Assembly: GCA_963695395.1 (NCBI GenBank)
Contig: CAVOGK010000012.1
Location: 205,372 to 269,371, forward strand
Direction of reading: 5' to 3'
Origin: an uncultured Thermoleophilia bacterium
GTDB taxonomy: Bacteria; Actinomycetota; Thermoleophilia; UBA2241
DNA length: 64,000 bases
Below are positions 35,928-44,326 of the stretch, one piece after another (positions within the stretch are counted from its first letter, which is position 1; every line of letters begins with the position of its first letter). The translations under genes and the position numbers were made by a program. The notes under the pieces are model-generated. The model was given only the letters and a program-made list of their open reading frames with translations, was not told the DNA's origin and did not search any database.

Positions 35928-36299
35928 TCAGGTCTTGATGAGGTAGGCCTCGACGGGTGCGCCGCCCACGAGGTGATGGATGACGATCGTGTGGACCCTG
36001 GCCTTGTCGAGCAGGCCGTAGCGGTACAGCGTGCCGTCGGGCATCGTCAGGGTCGCCATCGGCTCCTCTTCGCACAGGCCGGCGCAACCGGACTGATGGA
36101 GGCTGGCGGAGGTCACGCCGTTGACGGACAGCTCGCTCATGAAGGCGGCGACGATATCGCGTGCGCCGGCGGCGATGCCGCAGGTGCCCATGTGCACGGT
36201 CACCTGCGTCTCCTTGCGGCCGTCGCGCAGGTCGATGTCGGCCTTCGCCATGGCGGCCAGATTCATGAGCTGGTCAGGACTGGTGATCCTGTCGGCCAT
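35928..36299 (-). CDS. Thioredoxin-like [2Fe-2S] ferredoxin (HydD-like small subunit)
   Basis: 123 aa with VHMGTCGIAAG...SGCAGLCEEEP pattern. Sits between the NuoE-like and NuoF-like genes. Confidence 0.8.
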   Translation of the reverse strand: MADRITSPDQLMNLAAMAKADIDLRDGRKETQVTVHMGTCGIAAGARDIVAAFMSELSVNGVTSASLHQSGCAGLCEEEPMATLTMPDGTLYRYGLLDKARVHTIVIHHLVGGAPVEAYLIKT

Positions 36300-36300
36300 G

Positions 36301-36901
36301 TCAGGCACTCCTTTCGCGGCCCGCGACCGGCTCCGCAAGCCGGTCCGCGGAACGCCGTTCACTACGACCGCTCGTTTCGGCCAGGACGGGCTCCTCCGCG
36401 TACTGGGCGAGGATCTCGCCGACACGCTTTGGGCTTGACGCGGTGGTGGACGTCGTCGTCGACCATGATCACAGGAGCCAGGCCGCAGGCGCCGAAGCAG
36501 CGGCCGATCTCGAGCGAGAACAGGCGGTCCTCGGTGGTGCCGCCCAGGTCGATCCCCAGCTCTTTCTTGAACGCGTCGAGCACTGCGACGCCGCCGCGGA
36601 CGTAGCAGGCGGTGCCCAGACAGATGCGGACGAGGTGCTGGCCGCGCGGGACGGTCGTGAAGAAGGAATAGAAGCCGACCACACCGGCGACCTCGCTGTA
36701 GGGCTTGCGCAGCTCCCGCGCGATGTGCTTGAGGGCGACCTCCGGGAGGTAGCCGAAGATGCCCTGCGCGAGCTGAAGCACGGGAATCAGGGCGCCCGGC
36801 CTGCCCTTGTACTCGGCGATGACGACGTCGAGGCGCTCGAGGAGTTCCTCCTCGGTCGGTTCCTCGTCGCAGCACACGCACGCCTGTACGGTTTCACTCA
36901 T
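36301..36901 (-). pseudogene. hydC: NuoE-like 2Fe-2S subunit (HydC-type), copy 2, with a net +1 frameshift at about 36426-36431
   Basis: MSETVQAC... with CLGTAC and CFGACGLAP motifs. After ...HHRVKPK the frame becomes junk. The next frame reads RVGEILAQYAEEPVLAE...* and ends at TGA 36301-36303, directly before the next ATG. The break is at an AAA run. 601 nt (3n+1). Confidence 0.8.
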
Positions 36902-37452
36902 TCCCCTCTCCTTCGCTCGAGTCCGCTGCGATCGCTCCGCAGATGATGTCCTTGGGTCATGGCGAGGTCCGCCTGGAACGCCATCAGGTCGGCCAGTCGC
37001 CGGGGCAGCTGCGGGCCGCAGAGCGAGACGCTCGTCCCGCCGGCTGTCATGTCGACCCGGAACTCGATCTCCGGGTTGGTCACCGCCATGGTGGCGACGG
37101 AGGCGGCGATGTCGCCCAACGGCGGGCGATCGACGTCGCCGAGGCGCATCCACGCGTGCACGGCGACGCCGCCGAGCTCCTCGGATCGGCCCACGCTGAG
37201 CCCACCGCCGGCGGCCTCGGCCGCCTGGCGGAAGAGGCTCAGGCCGAGGCCGGTCTTCTTGTTCGCCTTGGTCGTGAAGAACGGGTCGAGGGCCTGCTCC
37301 GGCTCCACCGGCAGCCCCGGCCCGTCGTCCTCGACCCGGATCGAGAGCTCGTCGCGCCGGCGGTCGGCGTCGATCGCCGTGGTGATCACCGTCGCCCCGG
37401 CGCGCACCGAGTTCTCGAGGATGTCGAGCAGGTAGAGCGAGAGGTCATGCAT
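36898..37452 (-). CDS. Histidine-kinase-like ATPase (HATPase_c only; no H-box or sensor domain)
   Basis: MHDLSLYLLDILENSVRAG...DDGPGL...TGLGLS. ATG overlaps the PHP gene stop (ATGCATGA). Its own stop overlaps the NuoE ATG. Confidence 0.75.
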   Translation of the reverse strand: MHDLSLYLLDILENSVRAGATVITTAIDADRRRDELSIRVEDDGPGLPVEPEQALDPFFTTKANKKTGLGLSLFRQAAEAAGGGLSVGRSEELGGVAVHAWMRLGDVDRPPLGDIAASVATMAVTNPEIEFRVDMTAGGTSVSLCGPQLPRRLADLMAFQADLAMTQGHHLRSDRSGLERRRGE

Positions 37453-38186
37453 CGCCGATGCCCCTCCCGTCGAGGCCGTGCAGCGCGAGGAGCAGCTCAC
37501 GGAAGTCCGGACGCGCGCAGCGGACGGCGGTACGTGCCGCGCCGACGTCCTCGCGGTAGTGGGCGTCCGACGAGCGCAGGATCGGGAGGCCGTACACGGC
37601 GAACTCGGCCTCCCGCTCGGACCCGGGCGGCACGTGTCGCGAAAGCTCGACGGCGTCGAATCCGGCCTCCTCCGGGAAGAAGCCGAGCTGGCCGATCACG
37701 CCGAAGCTCGAGCGGTCGATGTGCGCGGCCACGGCGATGCCGTTGTGGCGGTGGACGAGCTCGACGACGGCGTCGACGCCGAGCGGCGTCGCCGTCGCGA
37801 GCGCGAGCGTCTCGCGACCCGTCGTCGCGCCGCTCGGCGTCGCAGACGTGCTGCTCGCCGAAGAAGGCCTCGTAGTCGTCGTCGATCCGCGGCAGCGTCG
37901 CTCCGACCTCCGCGGCCGCCGCCTCGGCGACGGGCGCGGACGGGAAGAGGCCGACCACGTGACACTCCTCCGCAGTCGTGATCTCCATCCCGGCGATCAC
38001 GGCGAGGCGCGCGCCGGCGGCCGCCTGGACGGCGGCGGCGTTGCGCGCGGTGTTGTGGTCGCAGACGGCGATCATCGCGAGGCCCTCAGCGAGCGCCGCG
38101 TCGACGATGGCCGGCGGCGTCATCTCGGCGTCCGCGCAGGGCGACAGCGCCGTGTGGACGTGCAGGTCTGCAAAGCAGACGTTCAC
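37445..38186 (-). pseudogene. PHP-domain metal-dependent phosphoesterase with a net +1 frameshift at about 37818-37820
   Basis: VNVCFADLHVHTALSPCAD...VCDHN...GMEITT in one frame. RETLALATATPLGVDAVVELVHRHNGIAVAAHIDRSSFG...SSDAHY in the next. The break is at a GGG run. 742 nt (3n+1). Confidence 0.75.
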
Positions 38187-38537
38187 GCACGGCTCCCTTT
38201 CACCCCGAGGGCGTACAGGCGGCCGACGATGTCGAAGGTGTCCGCCGGAGACGAGTAGAGCGAGAGCCCCTCGGCGGCGGCTTTCGCGAGCACGTCGTCC
38301 TCGGGCATGCGGTTCGCCGGCGAAGACCACGGCCGCGAGTTCCGCGTGGCTGGCGACGGCGATCACGTTGAGGTGCACCTGCAGGGTGACGAGCAGGCCG
38401 CCCTCGGGCGCGTGCGCGAGCACGTCGCTGAGCAGATCCGACGCGTAGCCGCGGTCGACCTCGGCGTCGCGGCTGCCGGACACGTCCGGCGTGAGCTCGG
38501 TGAATCCGAGCTTGCTGGCGATATCGTCGAGCTTCAT
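38183..38537 (-). pseudogene. DRTGG-domain protein with a net +1 frameshift at about 38313-38321
   Basis: MKLDDIASKLGFTEL...LLVTLQVHLNVIAVASHAELAAVVFAG, then in the next frame NRMPEDDVLAKAAAEGLSLYSSPADTFDIVGRLYALGVKGSRA*. Its stop overlaps the PHP GTG (GTGA). 355 nt (3n+1). Confidence 0.7.
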
Positions 38538-40099
38538 GTCCGGCTCTCCTCCTCGGGGGTGACGTACGGGCAGAGCGCCCGCCCGGCACGCTCCATCACG
38601 ATGTCCTCGGCAAGCGCCGCGCAGGTCGGTGCGCCGCACACGCCACAGTCCTTGCCGGGCAGGGCCCGGGTCTCGGTGTCGAGTCGCGCGAGCTTGCGGA
38701 TCGCCACCGCCATGTCCGCGTCGAGGCGGATCCCGGGACGCGCGCGGAAGGGTCGAGTGCGCTCGAGACTGCCGCCGCCCGCGGGGGCATCGCCGCCGGC
38801 GGCGGCCCAGCGCCAGGAGGTGACGCTGGCATCCTCTTCGAGCAGCGGCGAGCCGAAGCAGCCGCCGTCACAGATGAAGGGCTCGATGGCTGCGACGCCC
38901 GGCAGGCGGTCGTCCTCGACCGCCTCGAGCACCGCGAGGACGTGGGAGACACCGGTCACGACGAGCAGGTCGTCCGCGCCGCCGGCTTGCGGCGACGTCG
39001 TCGGCGTGCCGGGCACGTGGGGCGCGCGCGCCGCGAGACGCGGCAGGATGGCGTCGCGCACCGCCGCGGCCGTCACGGCGTCGCGCTGCGCGATCGGCTG
39101 CTGCGCCAGCAGTGCGCTCCGCTGGCTCGGGCACGAGACGGCGAAGGTCACGTCGCGGCCGGCGAGATCGCGCTGTGCGGCCTCCCAGGGCGAGGCGAGG
39201 GGCGCGAGATGGTCGAGCAGCGACGGGAACTTGACCTCGAGGAGGTTCACGACGGCGGGGCAGACCGGTGAGATGAGCGGCGCCGGCGCGTCGCTCGTGG
39301 CGGCCAGCTCGATGACGGCGCGGCGCAGATCGTCCTCGTGGCCGTGCACGGAGACGACCTCGTCGTAGCCCAGCCCGCGGAGCTCCTCGACGACCGCGCT
39401 GACCGGGTGCTCGCCGAAGCCGGCGAGAAGGCCCGGCGGGACGACGAGCACGTCGCCGCCGCCGAGCGCGCCCGCGGCGTCGATCATGGTGAGCGCGCCG
39501 GGGCCGCAGGCGCCGATGCAGGCGGTGCAGTCGATGCACAGGTGGTCGAGCACGTCTGGATGGGCGTCACGCACGCGGATCGCGGCCGTCGGGCAGGCGA
39601 CCAGGCAGTGGCGGCAGTCTTTGCAGAGCTCGGCGACGACGCCGAGCGAGGAGGGTCGCGCCCCCTGGTCGGTCGCCTCAGGCCTGAGTGCGACCGAGAA
39701 GCTCACGCGCGTGCCTTCGCCGGCGGTGGACGTGACGCTGAGCCGATCGCTGTTGCGCAGGATGTTCGGGAGCCCCATGCCGGCGCCGAAGCCCAGGGCG
39801 CGGGCTTCCGCCGAAGCCGTCGACCAGCCCTCTCTCATGGCGGTGGCGACGTCCGGGATGCCCGGGCCGCGGTCGATGACGTCGACGTCGAGTTGGCCGT
39901 CACTGACGGCGGCCTCCAGGCGACCGCCGTCCTCGGCGTGGATCACGACGTTCATCTCGGCCTCGTAGGCGGCGATCATGGCCCGGCGCACCGCGTCGCT
40001 CTCGGCGCCGATCCGCTTGAGGTGCTGCTTGAGGTCACGTGACGCGGCGCCTGCGCTCGAGAAGTCCCTGCAGCGGATGTCATAGGCCAGGTGCTCCAT
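38534..40099 (-). CDS. RsbW/SpoIIAB-like serine-kinase (HATPase) domain fused to 2x4Fe-4S ferredoxin, a degenerate [FeFe]-hydrogenase H-domain and a Cx2Cx4Cx16C motif
   Basis: N-terminus AAYEAEMNVVIHAEDG...DRGPGI...GFGAGMGLPN. CKDCRHCLVACP, CIDCTACIGACG. H-domain-like SPVCPAVV, VSCPSQRS (no Lys), FICDGGCFGSP. C-terminal DCGVCGAPTC...C. Confidence 0.85.
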   Translation of the reverse strand: MEHLAYDIRCRDFSSAGAASRDLKQHLKRIGAESDAVRRAMIAAYEAEMNVVIHAEDGGRLEAAVSDGQLDVDVIDRGPGIPDVATAMREGWSTASAEARALGFGAGMGLPNILRNSDRLSVTSTAGEGTRVSFSVALRPEATDQGARPSSLGVVAELCKDCRHCLVACPTAAIRVRDAHPDVLDHLCIDCTACIGACGPGALTMIDAAGALGGGDVLVVPPGLLAGFGEHPVSAVVEELRGLGYDEVVSVHGHEDDLRRAVIELAATSDAPAPLISPVCPAVVNLLEVKFPSLLDHLAPLASPWEAAQRDLAGRDVTFAVSCPSQRSALLAQQPIAQRDAVTAAAVRDAILPRLAARAPHVPGTPTTSPQAGGADDLLVVTGVSHVLAVLEAVEDDRLPGVAAIEPFICDGGCFGSPLLEEDASVTSWRWAAAGGDAPAGGGSLERTRPFRARPGIRLDADMAVAIRKLARLDTETRALPGKDCGVCGAPTCAALAEDIVMERAGRALCPYVTPEEESRT

Positions 40100-40102
40100 G
40101 GG

Positions 40103-41143
40103 TCAGGCGCGCCGCCCGCCCAGCGCCTGGAAGATGAGGCCGCAGGTCTCGAAGACGCCCTGCGGCGAGACCATGAGCAGGGTCTGGTTGGCTTGCGCGA
40201 GCTGGATCATCTCGGCGTCGGGCTCGATGCCGTTGACGAAGCAGACGCCGGGCACGTCCATGAGCTCGGCGACGCGCAGCATCTGCACGCTGGCCAGATT
40301 GCTGACCAGCAGGGTCTTGTCGGAGGCCTCGTTGAGCAGGTCGCTGACGCGGTCGCCGGCATAGATCTTGGCGACCGTGGTGCCGCCCGGCTTGCCGGGC
40401 GTCACGACGCGGGCGCCGATGTTGGTGGCCAGATCCTCGAGCTTCATGTGCGACCTCGCGAGCAGGGATTCCAGTTGCTTGACGATCGGTGCGACGTCGC
40501 CGTCGCTCTGCGCCGGTGGCTCCTCGCGGCCGCTGCGGCGGGCGAAGTAGGCGGCGGACTCGAGCGCCGCCGTGATGTCCATGTACTCGACGAAGATCTC
40601 ACCAGGCAGGCGCAGGGGAGTGGGGGCGAAGCTGATGATGCTCTTGACGCCCGCGCGCACGAGCGCGTCAGCCGTCGACTGCGCGGCCTCGCCCGGCACC
40701 GTGAGCACGGCGATCTGGATCCCGAGGTCCTGGATGAGCGTCTCCATGAGCGAGACGTCGAGGCAGCGCACGTGGTGGATCAGCGTGTCGGCGAGCGCGG
40801 GATCGACGTCGAACGCGACGACGATCGCGACGGCCGGGCTCTTGTCGGCGAAGTGGGAGAGCACCGCATGCCCGAGGTTGCCGGCTCCGACCAGGGCCAC
40901 TTCCTGTCTGGTCCCGCCGTCGAGGTAGCTCGAGATGCTGTCGATGCAGGCGGCGACGTCGTAGCCCTTGTTGGGGCTGCCGGAGTAGCCGATCACCATG
41001 AGGTCGCGGCGCACCTGGGCGGCGCTGACCACGGCATGCCGTGCGAGCTGGTGGGAGTAGATGCTCTCGACCCCGTCGTCACGGAGCGACTGCAGGAGCC
41101 GGCGGTAGCGGCTCATGCGCGACACGGTCTTCCTCGATACCAC
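40103..41143 (-). CDS. rex: Redox-sensing repressor Rex with an additional C-terminal DRTGG domain
   Basis: Rex winged-helix (SRYRRLLQSL...AAQVRRDLMVIGYSGSPNKGYDV), Rossmann VALVGAGNLGHAV, then an extra ~110 aa resembling the DRTGG protein at 38183-38537 (..KIYAGDRVSDLL..LLVSNLASVQMLRVAEL..). Confidence 0.85.
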   Translation of the reverse strand: MVSRKTVSRMSRYRRLLQSLRDDGVESIYSHQLARHAVVSAAQVRRDLMVIGYSGSPNKGYDVAACIDSISSYLDGGTRQEVALVGAGNLGHAVLSHFADKSPAVAIVVAFDVDPALADTLIHHVRCLDVSLMETLIQDLGIQIAVLTVPGEAAQSTADALVRAGVKSIISFAPTPLRLPGEIFVEYMDITAALESAAYFARRSGREEPPAQSDGDVAPIVKQLESLLARSHMKLEDLATNIGARVVTPGKPGGTTVAKIYAGDRVSDLLNEASDKTLLVSNLASVQMLRVAELMDVPGVCFVNGIEPDAEMIQLAQANQTLLMVSPQGVFETCGLIFQALGGRRA

Positions 41144-41203
41144 TGTTCGCTCCCGGGCGGTGGGTTGCGGTCTCGGTCGCCGAGTTCGTTACAGAACGAA
41201 CGC

Positions 41204-41219
41204 TGTGAATCCTGTCACA
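41204..41219. promoter_or_regulatory. Rex operator candidate TGTGAATCCTGTCACA (TGTGA-N6-TCACA), about 60 nt upstream of rex
   Basis: Perfect inverted repeat matching the core of the Rex box (TTGTGAA-N4-TTCACAA). Lies in the divergent rex/aminotransferase intergenic region, next to a second 7-bp inverted repeat (gttcgtt-acag-aacgaac, about 41185-41202). Confidence 0.55.
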
Positions 41220-41495
41220 ATTCTGCCGTCAACGAAGGCTCTCTGTCAACAGTGTCGCCCAGAACAGAACACACTCGCGCATTGTCCAAGTTGGCCAACT
41301 GAACCCGGATCATCGTGTCGCGCGTACGTTGACATGGAGCGTGCCGGACGTTTTGGCTCTGGTAGGGTGACGGCAGCGAGCCATGGGATGTCCAGGATCC
41401 GCCTGTGGCGGTGACTGTTCCCATCGCAGGGGCCGGCGCGCGTCGGCGGGCCGGCCACATCAATCAGGATCATGCTCGGATCTGGAGGTCACTAC

Positions 41496-42771
41496 ATGTC
41501 GGACAAGCCCACGTACATGAAGCACATGCCCCACTTCCTCGGTCCGGTGGCGCCGATCACCATCGACCACGCCGAGGGCAGCTGGGTCTACGACACCGAC
41601 GGCGGCAAGTGGCTCGACTTCGTGGTCGGCATCGCCGTGGTCAACACCGGCCACTGCCACCCCAAGGTCGTCAAGGCCGTGCAGGAGCAGGCCGCCAAGG
41701 TCGCCGCACGCGCAGATGAACATCTACCGTCACGGCCCGATGCTCGAGCTGGCCGAGAAGCTCACCGGCATCATGCCGGACGGTCTCGATGAGGTCATGT
41801 TCGCCAACTCCGGCGCCGAGGCCGTCGAGAACGCGGTCAAGCTCGCCAAGCAGGCCACCCGCCGCCCGGGCATCATCGCCTTCCACGGCGCCTTCCACGG
41901 CCGCACACACCTCACGATGGCCCTCACCGACTCGGCCGTGCACTACCGCGGCCACCACGAGCCGCTCGTGGGGAGCATCTACCACGCGCGGTACTGCTAC
42001 CCGTTCCGCACACCGGCAAGTGAGGATCCGACCGCGTACGCCATCGAGGACGTCCGCCGCGTGCTGCGCGCCGAGATCTACGGCGACGACGTGGCCGCCA
42101 TCATCGTCGAGCCCATCCAGGGCGAGGGCGGCTTCATCGTCCCCACCGCGGAGTTCATGCAGGAGTTGCGTGTCATCGCCGACGAGATCGGCGCGTGCCT
42201 GATCATCGACGAGATCCAGGCCGGCTTCGGCCGCACCGGCAAGTGGCTCTGCCAGGAGCACTACGGCGTGGAGGCGGACATCGTCACGGTCGCCAAGGGC
42301 ATCGCCTCCGGCTACCCGCTCGGCGCCATCGTCGCCGGCCACGAGCTCTGGGACAAGTGCCTGCCCGGCTCCATGGGCGGCACGTACGGCGGCAACGCTG
42401 TGGCCTGCGCCGCCGGCGTCGCCACCATGGACGCCATGGTGGAAGACGGCATGCTCGCCAACGCCACCAAGCAGGGCGAGAAGCTGCTCGCGTTCTGGAA
42501 GGGCCAGCAGGCGCTGTACCCGGCCATCGGCGAGGCGCGCGGCAAGGGCCTCATGCTCGCCATCGAGTGCGTGCAGCCGGGCACCAAGGAGCCGAACGCG
42601 GCCGTGGCCAAGGCGTTCATCGCCGAGTGCCAGAAGCACAAGGTGATCCTCATGGGCGCGTGCTCGCAGGGCAACGGCGTCCGCTTCCTGCCGCCGCTCA
42701 ACATCAGCGACGCGGACATGGACTACGCCATCGGCGTCTTCGAAGAGGCCGCCAAGGTCGTCTTCGCCTGA
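41496..42771 (+). pseudogene. gabT: Class-III aminotransferase (4-aminobutyrate aminotransferase-like) with a net +1 frameshift at about 41703-41707
   Basis: MSDKPTYMKHMPHFLGP...VNTGHCHPKVVKAVQEQAAKV in frame A. HAQMNIYRHGPMLELAEKL...DEIQAGFGRTGKW...TVAKGIASG in frame B. 1276 nt (3n+1). Confidence 0.85.
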
Positions 42772-42797
42772 TCGGCGCAGCATCTCCGGTCGTCCGC

Positions 42798-42827
42798 GAG
42801 GGCGGGGCGCTCCGGCGCCCCGCCCTC
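42798..42827 (+). terminator. Terminator-like hairpin after the aminotransferase gene (13-bp perfect stem, TCCG loop)
   Basis: gagggcggggcgc-tccg-gcgccccgccctc. No U-tract. Confidence 0.45.
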
Positions 42828-42905
42828 GTCGCGTACGGGCACGTCCCGGCGCCGCTCCCGCGCCCCGGGGCGTGCCGGCTCCGGCGCCGTGCTAGACTCG
42901 CCACC

Positions 42906-43352
42906 GTGAGCACGCCGCCGTCGTCACAGTCCCGTTTCGAGACCCGCGTGCGTGTGCGCTACGCCGAGACCGACGCCGCCGGCGTCGTGTACTACGCCAA
43001 CTACCTCGTGTACTTCGAGGTCGCGCGCGTCGAGTTGCTGCGCTCCCTCGGGTACCCCATCTCGGCGGTGGAGGCACGGGGCGTCATCCTCCCGGTGGTC
43101 GAGGCGCGCCTCAAGTACCTCCGTCCCGCGCGCCTCGACGACCTGCTCATCGTCGCCATCGTCGCCGACTCGATCGGCCCGGCGTCGTTCTCCTTCGACT
43201 ACGAGATCACGCGCGAGGATGGGCTCCTGCTCGTCACCGGCTCGACGCGCCTCGCCGTGTGCGACCGTGAGATGGGCAGCTCCATCGCGATGCCAGACTG
43301 GTTGCGCGACCTGTTCGGCCGCGCTCCGGATTCGGAACAGGACAGAGCATGA
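42906..43352 (+). CDS. Acyl-CoA thioesterase, 4HBT/YbgC family
   Basis: RVRYAETDAAGVVYYANYLVYFEVARVELLR hot-dog-fold signature. GTG start at 42906 in the 42195 ORF frame. Confidence 0.8.
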   Translation: MSTPPSSQSRFETRVRVRYAETDAAGVVYYANYLVYFEVARVELLRSLGYPISAVEARGVILPVVEARLKYLRPARLDDLLIVAIVADSIGPASFSFDYEITREDGLLLVTGSTRLAVCDREMGSSIAMPDWLRDLFGRAPDSEQDRA

Positions 43353-44317
43353 GCAACGTGTATCGCTTCCCCGGCGGCGACCTGCCGCCGGACTTCGAGA
43401 CGCAGATGCCGGACGACCTCGAGGTCAAACACTGCTACCGGCACCACGACCGTGAGACCGGCGTCTCCTGCTCCAACTGCGGGCGTCCGATCTGCCACGA
43501 GTGCATGATCCCGGCCCCGGTGGGCTTCCGCTGTCCCGAGTGCGTCAAGGAGCAGAGCGCCGGCGGGTCGCGGGCCAAGGTCATCACGCGCGGGGAGGTG
43601 CGTTCGCGATGGAGCGGGGGCACGATCGGCGCGCCCGCGGGCTGGTCTGCGACCAAGGTGCTCATGGTGCTCAACGTGATCATGTTCGTGATCGAGTTGG
43701 CCACGGGCTATTCGGGCCTGATGGGCGGGGGTCGCGGCACGGTCGACCTGGGTGGGCTCGCGCCGATCCAGGTGTTCGTCGGACACGACTACTGGCGCAT
43801 GTTCTCGACCATGTTCCTGCACGCCGGCATCATCCACCTGGCTTTCAACATGTGGGCATTGTGGGCGATCGGCGGGTTCATCGAGGCGGCAGTCGGCCGG
43901 CTCAAGTTCCTCATCATCTACTTCGTCTCGGGGTTTGCCGGCTCGGTGCTCGTCCTGCTGGCGGCGCCCGTCAACGTCACCGTGGTGGGCGCCTCCGGGG
44001 CGATCTTCGGCCTGTTCGGCGCGCTCGCGGTGCACGCCTTCCTCAACCGGGGCCGCGACTTCCAGTCACGGGCGCTGCTGGGCAACGTCCTGTTCCTGCT
44101 GGTGATCAACCTCGTCTTCTCGTTCAGGGGCGGCATCTCGTGGCAGGCGCACATCGGCGGGCTGCTCGCGGGGACGGCGGTGATGCTGGCGCTCATGCTC
44201 GGCGGGCGCAAGGACCCGCGCCGGCCGTTCGAGTTGGCCGACGGCCTCGCCGTGCTCGGTATCGTCTTCGTCCTCGTCGTCCTCACCTGGTGGAGCGTGG
44301 TGAGCTTTGCGTTCTGA
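43349..44317 (+). CDS. Rhomboid-family intramembrane serine protease with an N-terminal zinc-ribbon
   Basis: CSNCGRPICHEC..CPEC, then TM core with FLHAGIIHLAFNMWALW and GASGAIFGLFGA. Confidence 0.85.
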   Translation: MSNVYRFPGGDLPPDFETQMPDDLEVKHCYRHHDRETGVSCSNCGRPICHECMIPAPVGFRCPECVKEQSAGGSRAKVITRGEVRSRWSGGTIGAPAGWSATKVLMVLNVIMFVIELATGYSGLMGGGRGTVDLGGLAPIQVFVGHDYWRMFSTMFLHAGIIHLAFNMWALWAIGGFIEAAVGRLKFLIIYFVSGFAGSVLVLLAAPVNVTVVGASGAIFGLFGALAVHAFLNRGRDFQSRALLGNVLFLLVINLVFSFRGGISWQAHIGGLLAGTAVMLALMLGGRKDPRRPFELADGLAVLGIVFVLVVLTWWSVVSFAF

Positions 44318-44326
44318 GGGACTGAG

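Noticed and set aside
41289-41300. A perfect 12-bp palindrome, AGTTGGCCAACT, in the rex/aminotransferase intergenic region.
   Set aside because: Perfect 12-bp palindromes are expected roughly a dozen times by chance in 64 kb, and this one matches no known operator. It is not reported as a feature.
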